Origin: an uncultured Acidobacteriota bacterium
GTDB lineage: Bacteria; Acidobacteriota; Thermoanaerobaculia; UBA5066; DATFVB01
Direction: 5' to 3'
NCBI GenBank assembly: GCA_963813155.1
Contig: CAWEYG010000002.1
Span: 736,001-800,000 of the forward strand
DNA length: 64,000 nt
The position numbers were made by a program, and so were the translations under genes. A model generated the notes under the pieces. That model was not told where the DNA came from. It did not search any database and saw only the letters and a program-made list of their open reading frames with translations. Shown here in pieces: positions 9,219-17,532 of the stretch (positions within the stretch are counted from its first letter, which is position 1; every line of letters starts with the position of its first letter).

Positions 9219-9940
9219 AAGTCGACGTCCTGGCGATCGCCGCGCACCCCGACGACGTCGAAATGTGCTGCGCCGGAACGCTCGCCAAGCTGCGCCTTCG
9301 GGGAAAGAGCTTCGGGATACTGGATCTGACGCGCGGAGAGATGGGGACGCGGGGGACCGCGGAGGTCCGCGACCGCGAAGCGCGCCGCGCGGCCGACATA
9401 CTCGGCGCCGCCGTCCGGGAGAACCTCGATTTGGGCGACGGCGCGCTGCGAACCGGCCGCGACGAGGAAGACCTCCTCATCGACGCGATCCGGCGTTTTC
9501 GGCCCCGGATCATCCTGACCTCCTACTTCGAGGACCGCCACCCGGACCACGCGCGGTGCGGACGGCTCGTCGCCGATGCGGCGTTCTACGCGGGGCTGCG
9601 AAAGCGGGAGACCGCGCACCCGGCCCACCGGCCGCAGCAGGTCCTGTTCTTCTCGACGATGCACTACCACGAGCCGACGTTCGTCGTCGACGTGAGCGAG
9701 ACGCACGCGTTGAAAATGGAGGCCGTGCGCGCGTTCGCCTCCCAATTCCACAACCCCGATTCTTCCGAGCCGGAGACGATGCTCACGGCGGAGAAGTTCC
9801 TGAAGGAAATCGAAGCGAGGGCGAGGCACTTCGGCCAGATGACGGGGGTCGAGTTCGGCGAAGGGTTCATCTCCCGCCGGCCTCCTCGGATCGCCGACAT
9901 TCTCGAGGCCTTCGAGGGGTACGAGCCGGGATTCGAGTGA
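9215..9940 (+). CDS. bshB1: Bacillithiol biosynthesis deacetylase
   Basis: MKVDVLAIAAHPDDVE, LTRGEMGTRG, DRHPDH; ATGA overlap with the bshC stop. Confidence 0.93.
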   Translation: MKVDVLAIAAHPDDVEMCCAGTLAKLRLRGKSFGILDLTRGEMGTRGTAEVRDREARRAADILGAAVRENLDLGDGALRTGRDEEDLLIDAIRRFRPRIILTSYFEDRHPDHARCGRLVADAAFYAGLRKRETAHPAHRPQQVLFFSTMHYHEPTFVVDVSETHALKMEAVRAFASQFHNPDSSEPETMLTAEKFLKEIEARARHFGQMTGVEFGEGFISRRPPRIADILEAFEGYEPGFE

Positions 9941-9947
9941 GGACGGA

Positions 9948-11072
9948 ATGAGGATCGGGATCGCGTGCTATCCGACCTTCGGCGGCAGCGGCGTCGTCGC
10001 GACGGAGCTCGGCCTCGCGCTCGCCGCGCGAGGACACCAGATCCACATCCTCTCGTACAATCGCCCGTCGAGGCTGCCCGATTTCACCCCGGGCGTGACG
10101 TACCATCAGGTCTCCGCGCCGAGCTATCCGCTCTTCGTGTCGCCCCCCTACACGCTCGCCCTCGCGACGAAAATGGCCGACGTCGCCGAGCACGCGCCCC
10201 TCGACCTTCTGCACGTCCACTACGCGCTGCCGCACGCGATCTCGGCGATCCTCGCGCGGCAGATGCGCGAGCCCTCCCGGCTCGCGGTCGTCACGACGCT
10301 GCACGGAACCGACATCACGCTCGTCGGGCAGGACCAGTCCTATCTCCCGATCACCCGCTTTGCGATCGAGAAGAGCGACGCGGCCACGGCCGTCTCCGGG
10401 TACCTGCGCGACGTGACGATCGCGCAATTCGGAATTCGCCGTTCGATCGACGTGGTTCCGAATTTCGTCGACGGCGAGCGCTACCGGCCCGACGCCGCGT
10501 CGACGTGGGCCCGCGGCTTCAAAAAGAACGGCGAAGCCCTGCTCGTCCACATCTCGAATTTCCGCCCGGTCAAGCGCGTCGGGGACGTGATCGAGATCTT
10601 CGACCGGGTGCAGAAGAACATCCCCGCCCGGCTGCTTCTCGTCGGCGACGGCCCCGACCGCGCGCTCGTGGAGCGGCTCTGCCGCGAGAAGGGCATCTGC
10701 GAGCTCGTCCATTTCCTCGGCAACCTGACGGCCGTCGAGACGCTCCTCCCGGTCTGCGATCTCCTGCTGCTCACTTCCGACCGCGAATCGTTCGGTCTGT
10801 CCGCGCTCGAGGCGATGGCCTGCGGCGTTCCGGTCGTCGGCACCGATGCCGGCGGCCTTCCGGAGGTCGTCGAAAACGCGGTCTCCGGGTTCCTGCGTCC
10901 GATCGGGGACGTGGACGGAATGGCCCAGGACGCTCTCGCCCTGCTTTCCGATCCGGACCGGCGGGCCGAGTTTTCGCGCGCCGCCCGAAAGCGCGCCGTC
11001 GAGGTCTTCCCGGAAGATCGCGCGGTTGCGCAGTACCTCGAGGTTTACAAGCGCGCGCTCGAATCCGGGTGA
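9948..11072 (+). CDS. bshA: N-acetyl-alpha-D-glucosaminyl L-malate synthase
   Basis: MRIGIACYPTFGGSGVVATELG, HVHYALPHA, TTLHGTDITLVG, HISNFRPVKR, ESFGLSALEAM. Confidence 0.96.
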   Translation: MRIGIACYPTFGGSGVVATELGLALAARGHQIHILSYNRPSRLPDFTPGVTYHQVSAPSYPLFVSPPYTLALATKMADVAEHAPLDLLHVHYALPHAISAILARQMREPSRLAVVTTLHGTDITLVGQDQSYLPITRFAIEKSDAATAVSGYLRDVTIAQFGIRRSIDVVPNFVDGERYRPDAASTWARGFKKNGEALLVHISNFRPVKRVGDVIEIFDRVQKNIPARLLLVGDGPDRALVERLCREKGICELVHFLGNLTAVETLLPVCDLLLLTSDRESFGLSALEAMACGVPVVGTDAGGLPEVVENAVSGFLRPIGDVDGMAQDALALLSDPDRRAEFSRAARKRAVEVFPEDRAVAQYLEVYKRALESG

Positions 11073-11674
11073 CCGGCGACTCGCGGCTCGTTCCCGCGCG
11101 CGCCGGCGAAAGCGAGGTCCGCGAAAAGGCTTCGAAGTTTCTCGGGCACGCCATCCGGGTCCGATCCGACGAAGAGGCCAGGGAATTCGTCGCCGCGCTC
11201 GGGAAGACCTTCCATGATTCGACCCACGTCTGCTTCGCCTGGGCGATCGGGAGCCGGAGCCGCGCCGCCGACAACGGCGAACCGGCCGGGACCGCCGGAA
11301 AGCCGATCCTGGCCGCCATCCGGGCGGCTGGCCTGGACGAGGCGTGCGTCGCCGTCGTGCGCTACTTCGGGGGCACAAAGCTCGGGACGGCGGGACTCGT
11401 CCGCTGCTACCGGGAAGCGGCGCGACTGGCCCTCGACAGCTCGGGACGGGAAGAGGTCCTCGACACCGACATTCTCGGCGTGGTCGTTCCGTACGAAAAG
11501 ATCTCGCTCGTCAAGTCCCTGCTCGACCCCCCGCATGTCGTGCTCGTCGAGGAAAGCTTCTCCGACGTCGCGCAATTTCAACTCCGGGTGCGCAAGAGCC
11601 GCGTGGGACAGCTGCGACAACGCCTGGACGAACTCGGGATCCCGCGAGCGAGTCCCGAGAGCGGCCGGGGCTAA
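11069..11674 (+). CDS. yigZ: YigZ/IMPACT family protein
   Basis: EKASKFLG, HVCFAW, DNGEPAGTAGKPIL, VVRYFGGTKLG; GTGA overlap with bshA. Confidence 0.9.
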   Translation: MTGDSRLVPARAGESEVREKASKFLGHAIRVRSDEEAREFVAALGKTFHDSTHVCFAWAIGSRSRAADNGEPAGTAGKPILAAIRAAGLDEACVAVVRYFGGTKLGTAGLVRCYREAARLALDSSGREEVLDTDILGVVVPYEKISLVKSLLDPPHVVLVEESFSDVAQFQLRVRKSRVGQLRQRLDELGIPRASPESGRG

Positions 11675-11692
11675 CGCGCCGGAGCTGGAACG

Positions 11693-11806
11693 GCGGGTGG
11701 CGCGGGAGGAGACCCCCTTTTGCCGCTCGCGGCGCGGAGTCGTAGCAAAGTCCTCAAACCGCAGCGAGCGGAAAAGCGGGGCGAGTCCCGCGACAGGACC
11801 CGCTCG
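11693..11806 (+). repeat. Dispersed long-hairpin element, copy 1 (copy 2 inverted at 40522-40640)
   Basis: Shares GAGACCCC(C)TTTTGCCGCTCGC...GTAGCAAAGTCCTCA...GCGAGCGGAAAAGCGGG...GACAGGACCCGCTCG with the reverse complement of 40524-40635. Confidence 0.85.
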
Positions 11807-11849
11807 CCGAGCCGGCGCTGGGGCCAGGCCGCGAAAGGGCCGAGCGAAC

Positions 11850-12773
11850 CTACTTTCCGAACCTCGCCTTCCACGCGCACTTCTGCATCGCCTCGATCGC
11901 GCCGGCGGAAAGCCCGAGCTCGGTCCGCGCGCGGCGATACTCCTCGACCGTCGTCGTTCCGAAAATCGAGGGATCGTCGGCGGAGAGGCACACGGAAACC
12001 CCCGCGTCGAGCAGGCGCGGAAGAGGATGCCGTTTCCAGCTCGCGGCGACTCCAGTTGCGACGTTCGAGCTCGGCGCCACGCACAGCGTCACGCCGCTGC
12101 GCGCGAGCCGGGCGAGCAGGCGCGCGTCTTCCACGGCGCGCACCCCGTGATCGATGCGTTGCGGAGAAAGCTCGTCGAGCGCCTCTTCGACCGATTCCGG
12201 CCCCGCCCACTCGCCCGCGTGAATCGCCGTCGAGAGCCCGAGCCGCCGGGCGCGCTCGTAGACCCTTCGAAACTCCCTCGCGGGAACCGAGGCTTCGTCG
12301 CCGCCAATCCCGAAGCCGACGATGCGGGCGAGCCGCGTTTTCTCGTAGACGTCCAGCACGCGCTCGGCCGCGTCGCTCCCCCACTGGCGGACCGAATCCA
12401 GGAGGAGGAGCAACCGCGCGCCGGTCTCCTTTTCCACCTCCGCGAGCGCGGCGTCGACCCCTTCCAGCACGGAGAGCCGGTCGAGGCCGAACCGCGCCCA
12501 GATCTCGGGCGATACGTAGATTTCCGCGTGCTTCAGATTCCGCGCGAGCTCGCGGCCGACGGCACCCGCGGCTTCGGCGTAGTCCCCGGGCGAATGGAAG
12601 ACGCGGCAGCAATCGGCGAAAAGCCGCAGAAACGAGCCCGCCTGGCGCGACCGCGCGAGCGCCGTCTCGAACGCGCCGGCCGCGCCGAACGCGTGCTCGT
12701 TCTTCCCCGCGAGGCGGACGAGCGTTTCCCGCGGCACCGACCCTTCGAAGTGAAGGTGAAGATCGGCTAGCAT
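11850..12773 (-). CDS. add: Adenosine/adenine deaminase
   Basis: DLHLHFEGS, IHAGE, RIDHG, PSSN, SADDP metal-binding motifs. Confidence 0.9.
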   Translation of the reverse strand: MLADLHLHFEGSVPRETLVRLAGKNEHAFGAAGAFETALARSRQAGSFLRLFADCCRVFHSPGDYAEAAGAVGRELARNLKHAEIYVSPEIWARFGLDRLSVLEGVDAALAEVEKETGARLLLLLDSVRQWGSDAAERVLDVYEKTRLARIVGFGIGGDEASVPAREFRRVYERARRLGLSTAIHAGEWAGPESVEEALDELSPQRIDHGVRAVEDARLLARLARSGVTLCVAPSSNVATGVAASWKRHPLPRLLDAGVSVCLSADDPSIFGTTTVEEYRRARTELGLSAGAIEAMQKCAWKARFGK

Positions 12774-12780
12774 CTTCGGG

Positions 12781-13167
12781 GTGGGACGACTCCGCGCGCT
12801 TTCGCTCGCTCTCGACGCCGTGATCTTCGCGTTCCTCGTGGACGCGCCGGCCCTCGTCGCGACGGGCGTGGCCTTCCTCTTCTTCCCGGATGCCCGGCTC
12901 TTCGAGATCGGCGCTCTCGCCTTCATTCTCTTTCTCCTCGTCTTCCTCGCGCGCGACGTCCGGGGAGGATTCTCCCGCAAGTGGCTCGGATTCAAAATCG
13001 AGGACGAACAGGGTCGCCCGCCCGGCTGGATCCGCTCGTTCCTCCGGAACCTGCCGCTCGTCGTTCCCGGGTGGAACGTCTGGGAGGCGGTCTTCGTGCT
13101 TCGCCATGGAGACCAGCCCCGGCCGATCGACCGGCTCCTGGGGCTGCGATTCCGGGAGATGCCGTGA
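12781..13167 (+). CDS. RDD family membrane protein
   Basis: R...LALD, hydrophobic helices, KWLGFKI, RSFLRN, RPIDRLLG. Confidence 0.75.
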   Translation: MGRLRALSLALDAVIFAFLVDAPALVATGVAFLFFPDARLFEIGALAFILFLLVFLARDVRGGFSRKWLGFKIEDEQGRPPGWIRSFLRNLPLVVPGWNVWEAVFVLRHGDQPRPIDRLLGLRFREMP

Positions 13168-13207
13168 ACTTTTCCCCCCCAATCTCGTTTGTGGAAGCGA
13201 GGCACAA

Positions 13208-14047
13208 ATGAAAACCCGCTTTTCCCGAAGTTTCCTCGCCGCCGTTCTGGCGTCGATCGCCGCGACGGCCGCCGTCTCCGGCGCAACAGACACATTCGAA
13301 AAGGCTTACTCGCTCGATGGCGTTTCGAAAGTGCGGCTCGAGAACGTCAATGGCGGCGTCAACGTCCGAAGCTGGGACCGGAACTACGTCCGGGTCACGG
13401 CCACGAAGACCGGCTCGCCGGCCTCGCTCGAGCACACGATCATCCGAGTGACCCAGCCGGGCGGCCAGATCCGGATCGAGACGATTTCCACGCGCAAGCA
13501 CCACATCTTTCTCTTTTTCTTCCCCTCGGAGCGCCTCGCCCGCGTCGACTACGAGCTCCTGATGCCCGCGACGACGCCGATCAAGCTGGAAACCGTCAAC
13601 GGAACGATCTCGATCGGCTCGCGGCGCGGCGAAATTCACGCGGAGACGGTCAACGGCGGAATCGACATGCGCGGAATCGACGCCGTCGTGAGCGCGGAAA
13701 CCGTCAACGGCAGGATCTTCCTCTCGCAACAGAGCTCGCGCGAGACGAAGCTCGAGACCGTCAACGGCTCGATCGAGGCGGAATTTCCTTCCGACGCCTC
13801 CCTTCGATACAACCTCGAGACGATCAACGGCGCGATGGAAGTCGGCGAAAAGCAGAGCCGCGGCCACGCGCTCGGCATCAAGAGCTTCGAGGGCGAGATC
13901 AACGGCGGGCGGTCGCTGTTCAAGGCGTCCACGGTGAACGGTTCGATCCGCGTCCGTCTCGAGGGCGGCGCCTCGCCCCGGGAGACCGCGCCCCGGGAGG
14001 ACCATCCCGACCGGCTGACCAAACCCGACTCCGGCGACGACGACTGA
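13208..14047 (+). CDS. DUF4097 family beta-strand repeat exported protein
   Basis: Signal peptide; repeated (L/A)ETVNG.I motifs. Confidence 0.85.
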   Translation: MKTRFSRSFLAAVLASIAATAAVSGATDTFEKAYSLDGVSKVRLENVNGGVNVRSWDRNYVRVTATKTGSPASLEHTIIRVTQPGGQIRIETISTRKHHIFLFFFPSERLARVDYELLMPATTPIKLETVNGTISIGSRRGEIHAETVNGGIDMRGIDAVVSAETVNGRIFLSQQSSRETKLETVNGSIEAEFPSDASLRYNLETINGAMEVGEKQSRGHALGIKSFEGEINGGRSLFKASTVNGSIRVRLEGGASPRETAPREDHPDRLTKPDSGDDD

Positions 14048-14107
14048 AGCCCTCCCCTCCTTTCCCACGGGCGTCCGATGTAGATTAGCCGCGACGAGGA
14101 GGCCCGA

Positions 14108-15827
14108 ATGAAAGTGGGATTCTGTCGACCGGCGATCGGCGCCCTGGTTTCCCTCCTGCTTCTTTTCAGCGGCGTTGCCCGTTGCGAGGAGCCGCCGGAC
14201 GATCTGGTCTTCGAGGGAGGGCTCGTCGTGGACGGCACCGGAAGCCCCGCCTTCCGGGCCGATGTCGCCGCCCGGCAGGGGCGCATTTCCGCGATCGGGA
14301 GTCTCTCCGACGCGCGCAAAGCGCGCGCAAAGCGCAGGATCGACGCGCGAGCCCTCGTCGTCACACCCGGGTTCATCGATCTTCTCGGCCAGTCGGAATA
14401 CAACGTGCTCGTCGATCCCCGGGCCGCTTCCAAGATCACGCAGGGAATCACGACGGAGGTCACGGGCGAGGGGCAGTCGATCGCGCCCACCAACGCGCGG
14501 CTGATCGGCCTCGGCGAGGAAATCTGGAAGCACTATGGCGTTCGGCCCGACTGGACGACACTTTCCGGATATTTCGACGCGTTTCATCGAAAAGGGGCCG
14601 CGATCAATCTCGGAACCTTCGTCGGGCTCGGCACGGTTCGACAGATCGTGATCGGCGAGGACGACCGGCGCGCGACGCCCGAAGAGCTCTCGAAGATGGG
14701 GGCGCTCGTCGACCAGGCGATGCGCGAAGGCGCGCTCGGCGTCTCGACTTCGCTTCAGTACGTTCCGGACATGTACAACTCGACCGAGGAGATCATCGCG
14801 ATGGCGAAGGTCGCGGCGAAATACGGAGGAACGTATTTCACCCACCAGCGATCGGAGTCCAACCGCATCGATTCCTCGATGGACGAGGTGTTCCGGATCT
14901 CCCGCGAGGCGAACATTCCCGCCAACATCTGGCATTTCAAGACCGCCTCAAAGCCGAACTGGGGAAAAATGCCGCACGCGCTCGAAAAACTCGAAGCCGC
15001 GCGCGCGCAGGGCCTCGACGTCGCCGCGAATCAGTACCCGTGGACCGCAGGCGAGAACGGTCTCGACGCGTGCCTGCCCCCGTGGATCCGGGAGGGAGGC
15101 AGCGAAAAGCTCCTGGCTCGCCTGAAAGACCCGAAGCTGCGGGCTCGCGCGCGCGAGGACATGCTGAAGGATAGCGACGAGTGGACCAACCAGTATTACG
15201 GCGCCGGAGGTCCATCGGGCGTGATGCTGGCGACCGTGCTCAACCCGGACCTCAAGAAGTACGAGGGCATGACGATCGCCCAAATCTCAGAAGTTCAAAA
15301 GAAAGACCCCATCGACGCGCTGATGGACCTCGTGCTGGCCGACAAGGCGAACTCCGCGAACATCATCTTCATCATGGACGAGAACGACGTCCGCACGGCG
15401 TTGAAGAACCGGCTCGTCGCCCTCTGCACCGATTCGGGAGCGGAGGCCGAAGACGGGATCTTCTCCCAGGAGAAGTCGCATCCCGCGCGGCTGGGCCTCG
15501 TCGGCGCAGATCCTCTCGAAGTACGTGCGCGACGAGAAGCTCCTCCCGCTCGAGGAAGCGGTCCGGAAGATGACGTCACTGTCCGCCGCTCGCGCCCACC
15601 TCTTCGACCGGGGCATCCTGCGCGACGGAATGGCGGCCGACGTCGTGGCGCTCGATCTCGGAAAGGTGGCCGTGAATTCGACTTACACCGATCCGCTCCA
15701 CTATTCGAGCGGATTTCCCTACGTCGCCGTCAACGGAACGCTCGTCGTGGACGGCGGGAAGATCACCGACGCCCGGCCGGGACAGGTTCTTCTCGGTCCC
15801 GGGGCCACCGCCACACCGAGCCGCTGA
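14108..15827 (+). CDS. D-aminoacylase / N-acyl-D-amino-acid deacylase family, frameshifted near 15482-15484
   Basis: VVDGTG, VTPGFID, KITQGITT, YPWTAG. Removing one C from 'catcccgcgcggctgg' restores HPRGWASSAQILSKYVRDEK and joins the C-terminal ORF (15525-15827). Confidence 0.85.
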
Positions 15828-15932
15828 CGGAATGGGGATAGATTCGCGGACCCTCAGGCGTCAAGCGTGCGAATCGTGACAAAAACTGAGCGCAGGCCTT
15901 GAATACAAGATAAGACGATACGGCGGATCTCG

Positions 15933-17411
15933 TCAGGGGGCCGCCGTGAACCACAGCTGGGTTTGCGGGTAGCTCGGCCCGGTCAGAGCGTACAGTGCCT
16001 GAAAGCCGTTCGCGTTCGCGGTCAGCCCCTGATAGTCGCCGAGAAACAGGCCGTCCGCGTATGGCGCGTTGTTGAGATCGTAGTTCGTCGTATTTGTCGC
16101 TCCTCCCAGGAACGTCTCGCTCCAGTTTGCCGGGTTCATGCAGTTTGAGGAGCAGCGGACGAGCCAGTCAGAAACCGGCGCGGCGGAGCCGTCGCTATAA
16201 CGGTAGTCAAAATAAGAAATGCCGATCGTGCCGTTGGGAGCCACGGCGATCATCGGGTTGAGCGCGGGCCAGCTCCCCGACTTGTCGATCGGCACGGGCG
16301 AGGTCCAATGGATACCGCGATCCGTCGACACGGAAAACACGATCGACGACGCCTTGCCGAATCCCCCGTCCTGCCACGTCATCAGCAGGCGGCCTGAAGC
16401 ATCCACGGCCAGCTGAACGATCGGGTCCACGTCGCCGCCGGCGCGAATATAGCTGAAGTACGGCGGGGCGTAGACGACCGCCGGGTTGACCGCCGACGCG
16501 CGGGTGGGCGTCGACCAGGTGTTGCCGCCGTCCTTCGAGCGGCTCGTCATCATGTACTGAACCCAGTAGTTGCTCTTCCCAAATTTCTTCAGGAACGACA
16601 CATTGACCGCCATCACGAGCGTGCGGTCCGGGAGCACGGCGATTTGGGGACCGCTCGTGTAATTGTTACCGCCAGGACGATAGACCGGGGCCGGAACCGA
16701 CCAGGTCTGGCCGCCGTCGGTCGTCCTCGAAATATAGACCGACGAGTACTGTCCCTGGTACCGGAAATGCGCCGGCCAGTCGCCAAAGCCCCAGCGCGGC
16801 TGCACGTAGCGGTCCCACACCATGTAAAGCGTGTAAGGGTCGTACGGGTCGGCCGTCAGGGACACTTTGTCGTCATACGGAAAGCGCGGCGGCTGCACGA
16901 CGGTGTCCGCGGCGTTCACAAGAGAGCTCCAGGTGAATCCGCCGTCGCTCGATCTCGCGGCGATCATGCCCAACTGCTGCGGGTTGCTGAAGGCGCTGAA
17001 CGACTGGCTGACAAGGTAGAGGTCGCCATTGGTGGTGAACGCGAGCCACGGGTCGGTCCCGCGCGACCACGGGCCGCCGTCACAATTGGCGATGTCGGCG
17101 ACGGTGACCTGCGTCCAGGTCGAGCCTCCGTCGGTGCTCACCTCAATGACGTCACCGCGAGATCCGCCGTCGCTGTACCTGTCCTGCTGATGCATGGAGA
17201 CAATGTTGTTTGGGTTCGTCGGGTTGACCGCGAGGAACGGCTCGACGAGGCTGTCCGGGTAGTTGGTACCCGACTGAGACCCAACGTCGTCGCTCGTGCA
17301 CGAATCGTAAGGGCTCGCGGTTGCCACCAGTACTTGCGAGGCGCGCGAGGTACCCGCGAGGGCCGTGACCAGGACAAGGACCGACAACCGGAGCGGGGCC
17401 GTCTTCAACAT
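15933..17411 (-). CDS. Secreted sialidase-like (BNR/Asp-box) beta-propeller protein
   Basis: Signal peptide; five Asp-boxes (STDGGSTW, SSDGGFTW, TTDGGQTW, SKDGGNTW, STDRGIHW); C-terminal FLGDYQGL; RBS AAGGAG. Confidence 0.85.
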   Translation of the reverse strand: MLKTAPLRLSVLVLVTALAGTSRASQVLVATASPYDSCTSDDVGSQSGTNYPDSLVEPFLAVNPTNPNNIVSMHQQDRYSDGGSRGDVIEVSTDGGSTWTQVTVADIANCDGGPWSRGTDPWLAFTTNGDLYLVSQSFSAFSNPQQLGMIAARSSDGGFTWSSLVNAADTVVQPPRFPYDDKVSLTADPYDPYTLYMVWDRYVQPRWGFGDWPAHFRYQGQYSSVYISRTTDGGQTWSVPAPVYRPGGNNYTSGPQIAVLPDRTLVMAVNVSFLKKFGKSNYWVQYMMTSRSKDGGNTWSTPTRASAVNPAVVYAPPYFSYIRAGGDVDPIVQLAVDASGRLLMTWQDGGFGKASSIVFSVSTDRGIHWTSPVPIDKSGSWPALNPMIAVAPNGTIGISYFDYRYSDGSAAPVSDWLVRCSSNCMNPANWSETFLGGATNTTNYDLNNAPYADGLFLGDYQGLTANANGFQALYALTGPSYPQTQLWFTAAP

Positions 17412-17532
17412 TGCTTCTCCTTTTGGTGCGAGTACTCTACGCGGTGGGTCACACACCGTCAATTGCTTCGACGGCCGGGGATCCAACGGAAGGCGGGTGC
17501 GCCATCCAAGTTAGAATGCGAATCGACTCAAG

